NCBI RefSeq assembly: GCF_009834535.1
Contig: NC_045696.1
Location: 84,136,001-84,200,000, forward strand
Direction of reading: 5' to 3'
DNA from: Camelus ferus
Lineage: Eukaryota
DNA: 64,000 bases
Part shown: in pieces, positions 14,960 through 27,977 of the stretch
How the letters are laid out: the number at the start of each line of letters is the position of its first letter
Numbering within the stretch: position 1 is the first letter of the stretch
Notes under the pieces: generated by a model
Told to the model about the DNA's origin: nothing
What the model saw: only the letters and a program-made list of their open reading frames with translations
The model's database searches: none
Position numbers and translations under genes: made by a program

Positions 14960-15250
14960 CTCCATAGGGGTTTTATCAAGATTATATGAGATAATATATG
15001 TAAAGTATTAGTGCTTGGCATATTATAGAAACTCAGTACAGTTTTATTATTAATGTTATTATTATTATTGATGTTGTTATTGTTGTTGTTATACCTTGGA
15101 GTGTAACTTTTGGAGTGAAACACACTTGAGTTGATGTCCAAGGGCTGCCATTTACCATTTATGTAAATTCAAGCAAGTCACTAAAGCATCCTGAGCCTCG
15201 ATTTCTTCATCTGTCTGAAGGGCATAATGGTACTTTACAGGCTGTGAAGA
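14960..15250 (+). mobile_element. Two MIR fragments separated by an (ATT)n/(GTT)n tract
   Basis: MIR 3' end (catagggg...tgtaaagtattagtgcttggcat), a trinucleotide tract at about 15043-15091, then a MIR core (ctgagcctcgatttcttcatctg). Confidence 0.65.
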
Positions 15251-15274
15251 TTTCTCCTTTGGTTTGACATAACA

Positions 15275-15449
15275 CATTGGTTCTCACAGTGTGTGGCCTG
15301 ACCTAGCAGAAGCAGTATCACTGGGAACTTAGGCATATTCTGAGGCCCCATCCCCACTGGACTAAATCAGAATTGGGAGTGGTACAAGTGGTTTATGCTT
15401 TAACAAGCCCTGCGGGTGAGTCTGATGCCTGGTAGTTTGAGAACCACTG
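15275..15449. mobile_element. MER5A-like hAT/Charlie MITE, full length
   Basis: Terminal inverted repeats cattggttctca / tgagaaccactg. The 8-bp flanks acataaca / acacagca match 6/8, as expected for a decayed hAT TSD. Confidence 0.8.
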
Positions 15450-16140
15450 ACACAGCACACGACTTGTCTCTGAGCAGGTGCTGATTACGTATTAGTCTAC
15501 TTTTCCTAGGTACTGAGCCATCACGATGACAAAAGCACAGACAGTTTTTCCCTTCACGGAGCTAACAATCAAGCAAATGTAAAATCACATCTTGACTTAA
15601 GTTCTTGTAGAATTCTAGTCCATTATCCATTTATCCCGTGAAGCAAAAACAAAACCTTTTCACTTTGTCCAGGGCTTTGCTTGAGAGGGCATAATTAAAA
15701 GAGGTTTCCTTCCCGTTATCTCCTTGTGTATATCAGAGATATAATAATACAGCTCTGGTGTACATTTTAGCAAAACGAAAATGTACCTGCAAATTCAAAC
15801 TTTTAAGATAATGCTGTTAAACTAAATGCTAAAAAAAATAGATTCCATCTCACAAAGCATACAGTTTTCTTGTAGATAAAAGAGAAACTGGAGCTTTTCC
15901 AAAACTGCAGAATACTCATTCCTAAGGGAAAATCGCACAAGAACACAAAATGAAAAATAAATGAATGGGGAGCCTTGAGTTTCTTTTGGTGACTTTGAAT
16001 AAAAGAACCATGAATTTATCTTGAGCAGCTGTGTTTCTTGGGTTTACTGATCACAGCAGCTGTACCAGCTGAGTAACAGGAAGGGTAAATTGAAAAAAGT
16101 TAGCTGGGAAATGTGCTAGCTCCTTCTGAGGAACTAATGA

Positions 16141-16374
<234 letters not shown>

Positions 16375-19159
16375 TGACACTCGACCGATTACAGAAACAA
16401 AGCAGAAAAGCGTGCAAGTGACACGTGTTGCCGTGTAGGTTGCAGTGAAGTGCAGTGTGGTTTGGCTCAGATTTACAGCTCAGCTGCCGATCTGGGCTCT
16501 CAGAAAGGACAGCCAACAGGCTGAAATACGTCAAAGGGATATTTTAATTTTCTCACTTTTCTGACGTCCGAATGCCCTTAATATATATTCTGAGTTTACC
16601 ATGAATGAAAACCCCTCCCCCCAGATAATCCATTTTTAAAGCTGATACCAGAGAATGAGACATCGTAAAGACTGCTTCAGAGCAGAGTCCCCGACGATCT
16701 GCTTTTGTTCTTTTCACGTGCAGTATTATAAATAGCTCATACTTAAAGCGTATTGTCTTAGAGACTTCCAGCTGCAGTGCTAGGCTAATATGATGAGAAG
16801 ACAAGAAAGCTTAACTTAGAAAATAGAAGTGAATGATCGCCGCAGATTTGGAAACAAGATATGCAAAAGAATTCTCAAATTTTCAGGACTGTTATTGACT
16901 TCCGAATTTCGGAGAACTTGAAGAATATTATCTACAAAAATCCTACCCTGCTGAGAGGGGCCCAGCGGGAGTGTAGACAGCACAACCTGCTACTCAGCAA
17001 GGCACTCAGAGAGCATATGGACACCGCAGGGAACTCACTTAAAATAATTAATGAAAAGAGAAGCTTTCAACTGTTAACAGTCAAAAGATCAGATCTGCAC
17101 TGGAACCATCAGAGATCTGTGGTTTCTAAACTTTTTCAAATCCTCCGAGGTAGAGGTTCAGCTTCATCCCTGAGAAATAATAACCCTTGTAGGAGGGAGG
17201 TGTTCCTTTATGTCTACCCTTGAGGGGGTTTAAACCTCTTGTCTCTGCTTGGTTCCCTGTAGAAAGGGGCAACAGCTGGCCAACATTAAAAAAAATCCAC
17301 TTGTAAGCAAGATACAGCTGTCATTCCTCACCGCCATAGTTTCCAGTCTAATCATTACCAGCTTCCTCTGCTTCTTCTCAGTTTCTTTTTTCTAAATTTA
17401 TCATCATTTATTTGCTCTCAGGAGGGTCATCTGTGGTTTCCGCTCATTTCTCTTAAAAACATGAATCCATAAATGTTAGGGCTCTAAATAACCCTTAGTG
17501 CATCTGACGGGGCTTTCAGTCTGTCAGCCTATTGCTTTTTCCCCAGGATGATTCATCCTTCAGGAATAAATATGGGGAGGACTTGTCCTGCTGAGTCACA
17601 GACGGAAGAGAATCTGGGGGAACAGACAGGAAGAAAAGATCCAGAGAGTCAGAACGGAGTGTGAAGGATAGTCTAGACATAGAACATACACACAGGAAGA
17701 GACCAAGATGGAGCAAGGAGTCAGAATTGAGGCAGGAGAGACAGACGAGCGGGGTACCCAGAAGCTGGAGAGGCAGGAAGTGGCAGAGGCCAAGGGTGAG
17801 GGCGGCAAATGCCTCTCTCCAGCCCTGGGAGCTCCTGCTTTTGTGAGGAGCCTTGTACGTTCTGCAGCAGAATTCGCCTTCGTCTGCAGAGAAATTCTCC
17901 TCATGGGCAGAGAGGACGTGTGTCGGAGGAGGTGGGGGTGAATGGCTGATGGTAAATATGGGGAAACACTAAAAAGACTCTAATACGTTTTCAAAGAGAT
18001 TTCTTTTTTCTCCTTTGAAAAATATGTTTTCTCTCTTTTGCTTTTCAAGTTCTTTCTTCCGTTTTTCTTCCTTTGCTCCCTTCTAAATATTTCCACTCAC
18101 CTACCTTCTCTGCAAGTAAAAATCGTTCCTTTTAAAAAAAAAAGTTTCATCAACTTGAGGGAGAGACAGATGTAAACTACAGAGGACAACAGAATGTGTG
18201 ACTCAGATGAGCGTCTGTGGAAGCACCGAGGAGGACGGCAGGTGGACTTTGGCTGGGGCTCTGGAAGGAATTCCGAGTGGAGGTCACATCTGAGCTGGGA
18301 CTTAGAATGAGTGGAGGTCAAAGGGGGAGGGAGGAGAAGAGGAAGTCACAGTCAGGGAAATGTAAGGAAAGACACATTGGGGGTGAATAGGGCAGAAGTC
18401 CAGATGGTTCCAAGTTGGCTTCAGTGAGAGACTTCAGATGGTGACACGTTAACTGAGTTTGACACAGATGAGCAGAGTTGAGTTTGGAATGTATTGAGAT
18501 TGAGGTACTGATATGATATTTGGAAATAAAGGTCTGGAGGACGGAAGAGGACTGTAACATACTCTGCATGATAACAGAGTCTTCAACTCGCTGATACTGA
18601 AATCATGTTTGCTCCTGCATGTATTCAGCCTTCCTGGTGAAAATGGAGTACTTTCTTTATGTAGCCCTTGGGCTGGATGCTGGAGGCACCGAGCTGGCAT
18701 GTAGAGACACAGCCATCAAAGCTCTTGAAGACTAGTTGGGGAAATGGATAAGGAAACAAATAATTATGCTTTACAACAAAGGCTGTGATAGAGATAAGCA
18801 CTGGATACTGTGGGACCACATGGAGATTCATAGATGATTTTTCAGAGAAACCAGCTTATGCCTGAACTAGATATTAAAAGTTAAATTGATAGTAGCCTGG
18901 AAAAGAAAAAGGGGGATGGTACTTCTGGCAAAGCAGCAGCATATGCAAGTGTCAGGGGGTAGGAGTGAGATGGATGGTGTGCTAAGGAGCCACGTGGAGT
19001 TCCAAATGGCTGGGTTCTAGGAGGGACATGATGAGAATTGAGACTAGACAGGTAAATGGGGGGGCCAACCATGGCGCACCTAGTGGACTATGCTAAGGAC
19101 TTCGGTGTTTATTTTACCAGCGATGAGGAGCCGTTGGAATGTTTTAGTCAAGTATTCTG

Positions 19160-20310
19160 AATGATCCCATTTTATCTCTTCTGTGAACTCTTTAGTTTTT
19201 ATAGATCTCTTTGTGTTATCCTTTTAGTGATCGCTCTAGAGTTGATAACACTCTTTCCTGTGTCTTTTATTTCTTCCTGGGGTGCTAGGCTTCCGTCTGA
19301 GATTATTTTCCTTCATTCAAAAGAACTTCCTGCTGTCTTTCTTGTATTGTGGGTCTGCTGGTGAGTAATTTTCCCAGCTTTCATGTGTCTGAAAAAAGCA
19401 CTTATTTCATTTTGATTTTGGAAGCACATTTTCACTAGGTTTAAATCTTTTTGGAAGCACATTTTCACTAGGTTTAAATCTCTGGATAGAAGTTTTTTCT
19501 CTTTTTTTCCGACTCTTTAAAGATAACATCCCATTGCTTCCTTGCTCCCATAGTTCCTGTTTAAAATTCCACTCTTAATATTATTGTTGTTTCTTTGAAT
19601 ATATCTTTTTTTTTCCTGACTTCTTTAAAGATTTGTTTTTTCTTTATCATGGTTTTTAGCAGTTTTACCATTGTGATGGGTATAAGTGCACTTTTCTCTG
19701 TATTTATACCGCCCAGGATTGACAGGAATTCTTGAGTGCATCTTTCTTCAGTTTTGGAAAATACTCAGCTATTTTCAAATACTGTTTCCTTCCAGTTACC
19801 ACTCTCCAGCCCTTCTGGTATTGCAGTTACATGTATGGTAGACTTTCATCATATCACAAACGTTTTCTATGTTCCTCTCACCTTTCCGTCTTATTTTCCT
19901 CTCCAGGCTTCATTTTGGGTATTTTATGTTGACTTGTCTTAGATTCACTAATCCTACCTTTTGCCAGTCTCTTTTAAACCTCTGTTATCAGTTTCCAGTT
20001 TCAGGTTTCTTATATTTTTTTCAGTTTTCAAATGCCATTTCAGTCTGGTTTATGTATATCCTAATTCTCAGTTGAAATTACTTAGGTTTTCAGCCATTTT
20101 GTCCAAATTTTCTGTTTGCTTTAACATATTTTAAATAATAATTTAACAGTCCTGATCTGCTGACATCAATATCTGGGTGATCTTTGGATCTACTTCTAAT
20201 GTCTATTTTTTCCTCTCGATTAGTGTTCACATTTTCCTTCTTCTTTGCAAGTCCTGTAATTTCTGTACAATCTTTATTGTATGACAGAAATGATGTATAT
20301 AAGATCTATA
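19160..20310 (-). mobile_element. Old L1 (L1M) internal fragment
   Basis: T-rich tract with ggtctgctggtgagtaatttt, cagttttggaaaatactcagctatt and ctgacatcaatatctgggt motifs typical of antisense old L1. Confidence 0.7.
19416..19481. repeat. Perfect 33-bp tandem duplication
   Basis: ttttggaagcacattttcactaggtttaaatct occurs twice, head to tail. Confidence 0.95.
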
Positions 20311-21114
20311 GATAATGAAGTTAATGTTACTTTCTTCCAGAGATAGTCCACCCTTTCTCAGCTGGACAGAGAGCATGAAGGGTAGATTATGTTAATCCAA
20401 TTAGGATTTGAGCTGGGTCAGTGCTGGATTACCACTTCAGTTAGACTTCATTTACTTTTTATTTCAAATGTTTGTGTTAGGCCGCTCCCTTTAGTGAGAT
20501 ATGGTCTCCTGAGTACCACAAGACTGCAGGAAACATTAATCTGCCTTTCCAGTCCAATCCACAGTCTCCCACACCACCCCAGCACTCAGAATATGTCCTG
20601 TGGGGAACACTGGCCATAGTTACAAAATTTCTCTAGATTCCAGTACATCACAGCAACCCACCTAATCCTCAAAAGCTCTTCTGATTGTACTTCCCCTTAG
20701 AAAAGCCTCTCTGTCTTTAGGAAGCCTGTTTCTTAGCAATGCCCAGACTTGATTAATTCCCAGAGGGAAGAAAAGATTTAGCAATCTCATCTTGTCTGAG
20801 AAGAGTTCTCCTATCTCATGGATTTTAATTTGATAATCTTTGTTTTCACAGCCCTCTGATAGCTTTATTAAAATATCAGCTCTCTAACTTACCTTTTTTT
20901 TCTCTATCTGGTACAATGAAAAGGGTGACCTGCCACTACTTACTAAATTCCATCCAGAAACAAAATATCCATTGAAATGTTTAAATGGGAAGGTAGCATG
21001 ATCAGAGTTGCATCTTAGAAAGCTTCCTGCAAACTGTGTAGTGGATGCCTTATCATGGGGCTAGACTGAAGGCAGTGTTTGTATTATCATAGTGGGAACT
21101 TGTTGTATGCCATC

Positions 21115-21310
21115 AGCTACCTGCTTTTGAATTCTCACTTTGCCTTCTACTAGTTGTTTATATCTGGATAAATTACATAAGCTACGAAGTCTTGGTTTTG
21201 TCATTTGTAAAATGGGGTTAATGACACCTGCTTCTTGGAGTTGTGTGGGTTAATTTTAGCGCAATGACTAGCACATACTAAGCATTCATTAAGTGGTATC
21301 TATTATTATT
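21115..21310 (+). mobile_element. MIR SINE
   Basis: tcatttgtaaaatggggttaatgacacct...agcacatactaagcattcatt...tattattatt. Confidence 0.7.
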
Positions 21311-21699
21311 TTGAAGATAAGGAGACCCTAGAATAGAAAGGAAGTAACTACTTTTAGAAGTATTACAGAGAGAATTTAAAGGATTATGTGCCCTGATGAG
21401 TTGTTAAGACATGAATGACTGTCAGGTTTGTAACCTGGATAACTGTGTCAAAAAAGAGGCGAATATTGAGAGAAGAAATATAGGGGGAGAAGACGGTTTA
21501 GAGTTAGTTTTCAGAATATGTTGAGATGGAGGTACCTGTGGAACATCTAGCAAGAAAAGCTAACACTTTTCCAAGAAACTGACTGTAGCAGGAAGGGGAA
21601 GGACAAAGCACAGTAACTGAAGAGCAACTGCAGTGAACTATAACTGCCGTCAAGGCATGTTTTAGAATTAATTTTAAGTTCATTTTTGCTTCTGGTTTT

Positions 21700-22472
21700 A
21701 GGTATAATATAGGCATCTAGTGAAAACTGGCTCGTAAGAAGTAAGGAGAATTCTAAAGAACACAGGGATAGCACATCTAAAGAGCAGCCACCACTCCCAG
21801 GCCCGAGGTAGACCAGGGAAGATGCCCACCCAAGCCGGGCTGAGACCCAGCAGTGTGGGAGAGGGCTTCTCCAGGTCTCACTGGACGGCAGGTGGAGAGC
21901 CGCCGCAGTGGAACTTGTGGGAGTCTGCTCCCAGGGGTGTCGGGGGAGCCATCCGCAGGGAGGTGCTGCATGTCAGAGCTCACTGCAGAGCCGTCAAGGG
22001 AGTGCCGGGGAGGCTGTTCACAGGGAGGAGTCACACTGGTGGCCCTTTGCTTCCCTCTTGGGATGTTATGGGCAATCATTCACTGGATGGTGCCAGACAG
22101 GTGGCACTCTGCTGCAAAGCCACCTGAGAGGGTGACAAGGGAGGCTGCTGGCTCTGGGCTCTAGAGACGTCATACTTGCGTCACAGGAGTTTGGAGCTAG
22201 AGAAGCCACTGGAGGAACTTGGTCCTGGAGGAGCAGTTCTGTATGTGTCTAGTGCTGGAGATACTGCCCTACCAGAGCCCCGTGAGAGGAGCACTGACCT
22301 GGAAGAGAAATCCATTTCTCCTCTGGTGTCCCTCTAGTGCCCTCTAGTGACAGACATCAACACCATACCCACTGTCAAAGGAGAACTATTTACAGGGCTC
22401 CAATCCATTATCACGCAGCAAGCCGTGGAGAGTGGGTTTGGAGCTGAGGGGCAATGCATTAATAATTGGCAT
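21700..22472 (-). mobile_element. Ancient LTR-like element, family uncertain
   Basis: GC-richer block ending ggtttggagctgaggggcaatgcattaataattggcata, which resembles recalled old mammalian LTR termini. Left boundary unclear. Confidence 0.4.
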
Positions 22473-22679
22473 AGTACCGTCCTCCTTGGCTATTCATAAT
22501 TTATTCCCCACTCCTGGTCTTTTACATTATTCTGTAACCTTTGAAATCACACTCATTATTCCTGCTAAGTTATAAGATGTTAATAGTTATGATTGTCTTT
22601 TGGAGAATTTCCATTTATAGAAGGAATAAAACTTGGAAGACTGAAAGCAATAAAGGTATTGTGAGGGCAAAATTTCATG

Positions 22680-22925
22680 CATAAACTTGGCTTCAGATCA
22701 AGATTCTACCACTTGGCTAGCTATATGACCTTGAGCAGCAGGTCAGTTAAAATCTCTGTGCCTTAGTTTCTCCAAATAAACATGGCCGTCGTATTAGTTA
22801 CCATCCTCATAATGTTGCTGTGAACTTTAAGTGAAGTAACCCGTGTGAGGCCCTTAGCGCAGAGCCTGACCCCTAATAAGAGTTTGATACATTTTCTTTA
22901 CTGATGACATTTTATCATTATTATT
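22680..22925 (+). mobile_element. MIR SINE
   Basis: ctaccacttggctagctatatgaccttgagc...aatctctgtgccttagtttc...cttagcgcagagcctgac. Confidence 0.75.
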
Positions 22926-23953
22926 CTACTAAATAGCTCTATGATATAAGAATGATTAGCATCTCTATTTTCCATATAAAGAGTCTCTGGCATAGTCCCT
23001 GTGGCATAGAAAAAAGAGTTTAAATAACTTATCTACTCTTGCATAGCTAGGAAAAGGTGGACCTTGGTTGAGAAGTGTCCGTGTTATTCAGGTGTTCACA
23101 TTATTAATATTTCAAGGTCCAGCCTCCCTTGTTCAAATAGTGTTGAAATTATTTTCCCTAGGCAACTTAGTCTTATGTTGATTTCTAAAACCAGCTGTTT
23201 CACTATAATATTTACCTATTTTTATCACTTTCACTTAAAATTGTTCATCTCCTTTTTCGTAGGAGGCTATTGAATTTAAACATTGTTATTATAAATGAGC
23301 ACTTAAAAAGTCTTAATTATTAATATTCCACCCCCCATGCTATCATTACAGCGTCTACCTTAAGCCTCTGCTCTGCATTTTACTCATGTTCCTGCAATCA
23401 CCATAATTTCAGTGTGCGGACGTTTATTTGGCAATTGTATGATGTTATGCGTTTTGCCAGACTTACTCTCGATGTTCTAAACTATCACTTTGGAACTTGG
23501 GACAGTTTTCAAACACTTCATAACCCCTGGGTGACTTTTTAGTCTTACCTACTGGGTTTCTAATGTCCTTTTGTACTTTCTTTCCTTCCCTTTCAAGTTG
23601 AAACACCTTTCACACTCTCTCTTTAGCTTCCAAGTTGTTCCCCATGGGTTCTCAAACAGCTTGAAACCCCGTTTTGATATGCTTTATTTAAAAAAAAAAA
23701 AAAAGCTGGAAACTACTTAGAAGTGGCTCTGGGTCAGGTTTTGCCAATAAATTCCCCAGAAATCATTCAAATTGTACCTGTAAAATCTTTAAACTTTCCA
23801 GTGTAGAGAAAATGCTGCATTAGTGATACCTCAGATGAATTGTTTTGTTGATGTTATTCTGTCAAAGACAAAATGCATGGGACAATGCAAGATGTGATTT
23901 TATTCAAGCTATTGCAACGAGGAAGATATTCATCTTAAAAAAGGAAAGGGGCT

Positions 23954-24360
23954 CCTGGTGTCCTTTAAAGTCCAATGACACCCATTCCTGGGCTCTCAGA
24001 TGTCTACCTGTGATTCCTCAATATGTTAAGTACATTCTTCGCTGGGCTTGTTTGCCCTAGCAATTAGCACCAGGTAATGCCTAGTGTCACAATAGCCCAG
24101 GCTGGCTTGTTTCAGCCCACCTTATCGGAGTCAAAAACATCACCGCCCTTCACGGACCCCAAACTTCTTACCTCACCTACCACCAATCAGAGACCCTGCA
24201 CAAGCCGATCGAGTACCTTGTGACCCGACCTTGTAAAAGACCCCACCACCTGGCTCCAGGTGCACACACAAGCACCTCTTGTCTGTGTGGCCCACTGTTG
24301 TCTATGACAGCGTAGCCTTCATAAACTCCTTTACTATTCTTAAAAAAAAAAAGAAAAAAG
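23954..24360 (+). mobile_element. Polyadenylated LTR U3-R fragment with an L1-type TSD
   Basis: CCAAT 24183, TGTAAAA 24232, CATAAA 24320 and a poly(A) tract from 24342. TSD aaaaaaggaaaggggct / aaaaaaagaaagggggct at a TT|AAAA site. Confidence 0.65.
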
Positions 24361-24425
24361 AAAAAAAGAAAGGGGGCTTGAGTTGTTACAGAGCCAGGTC
24401 AGTGAATCTTTAATATTGGTCTTGT

Positions 24426-24985
24426 TGTTGCTGAGAAACCAGCCTCTGTACCCTGATGGCCGAATTGAGACTCGGAGGCAGAGTTTTGGGAGAATTAGAA
24501 AAAGCAGCTTTATTGCTTTGCCAGGCAAAGGGGAGCCACAGCAGGCTCGTGCCTCAGAGACTGAGTCCATCTTGGGGTTGGTGTCCTGAGCTCCATAGAA
24601 AAACCAGATGGAACAGAAAGGTGACAACAATCAGGGTGTTTTCTGGGATACTGTGTTCTTCCTAATCTTGATGAATCCACCTGGCGTCATGGAGAAACTC
24701 CGGGGGTCTGTTCATGCTTCTGAGGCTATCAGCCTGTGACCACCTTCCTGGAGCACAGCTTCTGGGTTAAAGGATAAGCTACTCTGGGTAAAGAATGTAC
24801 AGGAAGTGGAGAGTGTAATGGAGAGGTTGGGTGCTGTTTAGCACAAAAGCAGTTGAGCAACTGAAGCAGAGATGGGGGTTTGTCAGAGAAAAGAGAAAAA
24901 CAAGTTGCAAGAATTTTAAGTCAGAATGAATCGGCAGACGGCGTTAGCATCAGGGAAGCCATTTTGCTAGTTTCCTGCTCTTTCA
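24426..24985 (-). mobile_element. Solo ERV1-like LTR (560 bp)
   Basis: Minus strand runs TGAAAG...GCAACA. AATAAA at 24509-14 (minus), 4-bp flanks ttgt / ttgc. Confidence 0.7.
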
Positions 24986-26129
24986 TTGCGAGGAGGGTGG
25001 AGAGGGGCTTATCTCAGAATGAAAGAGAGCAGAGGCGTCCTTTGCTGTTATCTGTTTCCAGAACACAGGAGGGTGGGGGCATTTCTTATGTGCCTCTACC
25101 ATCTAGGAACACAAGGATTAGGTAAAGTTCAACGTTGTCAGTCCCCTCAGTTTTATTCAAGATGAATGAATACTGCTCATCACTGAACAACTCAGAAGTG
25201 ACTATAAATCTCCCGGGTGGAGGAAAACAGTATCCAAGAAGTGTCTTTCAGGGATTCTTACTGGCATTGCTCCTGCAAAACCAGTTGAACCAGATACCAG
25301 GAGGGGGCAGCAAGTCAGTTGTTCTGGAGTCCTGGAGGTACTGGGAGCAAAGAACGGCTGCAAGGAGGCAGAGAGTCTGGATTGAAGATTTGGGCTGTCA
25401 GGTTTTACTTCTCAGTTTTAGACAGCTGTGATGAGAGCTGAAAAAAGTTAGTTTGGAGGATTGTAGTCAGATACTGAAGAAAACTGGAAGAACTGAAAAT
25501 TTGGTAAGAGTGCACAATTTGTGCAAGCTAACAGTCTCAAAACTGGTGTTTCCAAAGAAAGTCAATTAAAACTCTTACCAGGTGAGATGGAGTTTGCAAA
25601 CCTGCAATTTACAGAGAGGGGCAAAATAGCTCAAAAATGGTGAATGCAGCCAGAATCTGCCTAACCAGAAGGATGTGCTAGATACAATGCTGGTTTACCC
25701 TCTACAGTTCTTAAACTACAGGTACAAAGTACACACACAGGATTTTAGTAACATCTAGCTTGTATAGCTTTGCTTTAAATTTAAAATTTTTAAATCTTAA
25801 ATCTAGTACCAGTCAAGAAAAAGAATCAGATATTATAGAAACCTGCTTACTTGAACAAGTAATTTAAAAATACAAGAAGAATGCATTTATAGTTATATTC
25901 ATTTTAAGTAAGAAATGAGAGATTGCTATTCACTCCAGGAAATTTTAGATAACTAGAGATCCAGATTGAGCACAAAACTCAGAGATGGCCGAAAAGTACA
26001 GATCCTTCCTATTATCCTGTTATTTTCTATCTTTGTTTACATGATCGCCACAGCATGGCATCTTGAAAGTCACACCCAGACCCACTAAAATTTGAGTCCT
26101 ACAAAACAGAAGTCATTAGCATATGAAAA

Positions 26130-27049
26130 ACATTTTAAAAAAAGTTTCAACAGATGCTCCATATCATATGTCATCAGAAAAATGCAAAGTTAAAAAACAA
26201 TGAGATATCGTTACACACCCATTAGAATGGCCAAAATCCAGAGCACTTGATGAGTTCAAATGCTGATGAAGATATGGAGCAACGGAAACTCGCAATATTG
26301 GTGGGAATGCAAAATTATACAGCCACTTTGGAAGACAGTTCTTTGGTCTCTTACAAAACTAAACATACTTTTACTACACAATCCTGCAAACATGCTCCAT
26401 GGTATTTACCCAGAGGAACTGAAAACTTATGTCCATACAAAAGCCTGAACATAGATTTTTATAGCAGCTTTTTTCATAATCACCAAAACTTGGAGGCAAC
26501 CAAGTTGTCTTTCAGTAGGTGATGGATAAATAATCTGTGGTACATCCAGACAATGGAATAATATTTACCACTAAAAAAAAAAGAGATATCAAGCCATGAA
26601 AACATATGGAGGAATCTTAAATGAACATTACTAAGTGAAAAAAACTAATCTGAAAAGATATATGCTGTGATTCCAACTATATGACATTCTGGAAAAGGCA
26701 AACCCATGGAGACTGTAAAAATATCAGTGGCTGCCAGGGAAGCAGGAGAATATGTGAATAGAAGAAACACAGAGGATTTTTTTTAGGGCAGTGAAAATAC
26801 TCTGTATGATATTAATGAAGGACGTTTTTCATTGTCCTTTAAATGTCCATAAAATGCACAACACCGAGAGTGAACCCTTAGGTAAACTATGTCCTATGGG
26901 TGAGTAGATTCATTCCACTCTGATGAATGATGTTGATAATGGGTAAGTTTGCATGTGTGTGTGCAGAGAATATACGAGCAATCTTTGTACCTTCTTTTCA
27001 ATTTTGTTGTAAACCTAAAACTGCTCTAAAAAAAGTCTTAAAAAAAAAA
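26130..27049 (+). mobile_element. L1MC-like ORF2 end plus 3' UTR with A-rich tail
   Basis: caatgagatatcgttacacacccattagaatggccaaaat. Degenerate ORF2 C-terminal peptide WECKIIQPLWKTV...GIYPEELKTYVHTK. Ends gtaaacctaaaactgctctaaaaaaagtcttaaaaaaaaaa. Confidence 0.85.
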
Positions 27050-27289
27050 GGTTGAACAAGATCCCAAACCAGTCGTTTAAGTGTCATATGAAGACTGTTA
27101 AAGTGTTTTGATCAATTCTCACTACTCTGCCAACAACCTGTTGCTTTGTTACTTGATTGTTACTCAATGGTGGAAGAAATTAAATGACAGCTTGGCCATA
27201 CCGATCTGGGTTCTAGAGTTAGGAATCAGAACCTTGATATTAAAGTGTGGGCAGTGGATTATGGTGTGGGCATCAAGGTCTCAACTCTA

Positions 27290-27368
27290 ATCTATTGCAT
27301 CAGAATCTGCATTTTAACAAGACTTCTAGGTGATTCTTGTGAACTTCGAGGTTTGAAAAGCACTATCT
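27290..27368. mobile_element. MER5A fragment
   Basis: atcagaatctgcattttaacaagacttctaggtgattc...tttgaaaagcact. Confidence 0.65.
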
Positions 27369-27977
27369 AGAGGACTTGGAATAGGACAGAGGATGTGAAT
27401 TAAAGAGAAAGTTTTCAGAGCACTGTATATTCATAGGCTAACAGCAGCTGGTCATTGCAGCGCTAAATTTACGTAGCCACTAAGTCCCTTCTTGCCAGGG
27501 TGCCTTGTGAGGTTTGCCACTGTTGTTTTCTGATATATAGCTAGTTGCCAATCAAGGGGCACAGGGGAAGGCTCTGATGACAAAAGATTAACTTTGCTTT
27601 ATTAAAATCACTGAATCATTTTATTTTAGTGAAAATGTTTGAATAGCTTCATGACCACCACATCTTTCATTTTCATTGCTTTTAAAACACCTTTCGGTTA
27701 TCATTATAATAAACCTTGTTGCGCAGCCGACTAGCAAATGAAGTGATAAATGTATAATGCTGTATTTTCCCAAGTAGGAGATCAAGAATGTAAATGGTTA
27801 CCAATAACACTTAATGTTAATTTTTAGAGCAGAAGTGGTGGTAAGTGGATGGATATACAGATATAGGACATGGAGGAGCACCCTTCTGTTAGTATGTAGA
27901 GCCCTCAGGTCTCTGAAATGCAGGAGTTCCAAGGTGTGGGGCATGAGCTCACCCCTTTGCATGCCTCGAGGTATCTT

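Larger units (their letters stand above)
23860..26100 (-). mobile_element. Old ERV1-type provirus remnant: 3' LTR (23860-25140, interrupted twice) plus internal sequence
   Basis: TG...CA ends, minus-strand AATAAA near 23900, and a PPT-like GAGGGGAC (minus) abutting the LTR start at 25140. Distal boundary approximate. Confidence 0.55.

Noticed and set aside
16861..17941. ORFs of 60-120 aa in the last WDR49 intron
   Set aside because: No recognisable domains and purine-rich low complexity. The WDR49 frame is fully explained by the flanking exons.
21777..22164. Overlapping ~100-aa ORFs on both strands
   Set aside because: A GC-richer, stop-poor, LTR-like block with no recognisable protein motif.
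26260..26448. ORF resembling a reverse-transcriptase protein C-terminus
   Set aside because: A degenerate L1 ORF2 remnant, not a gene.
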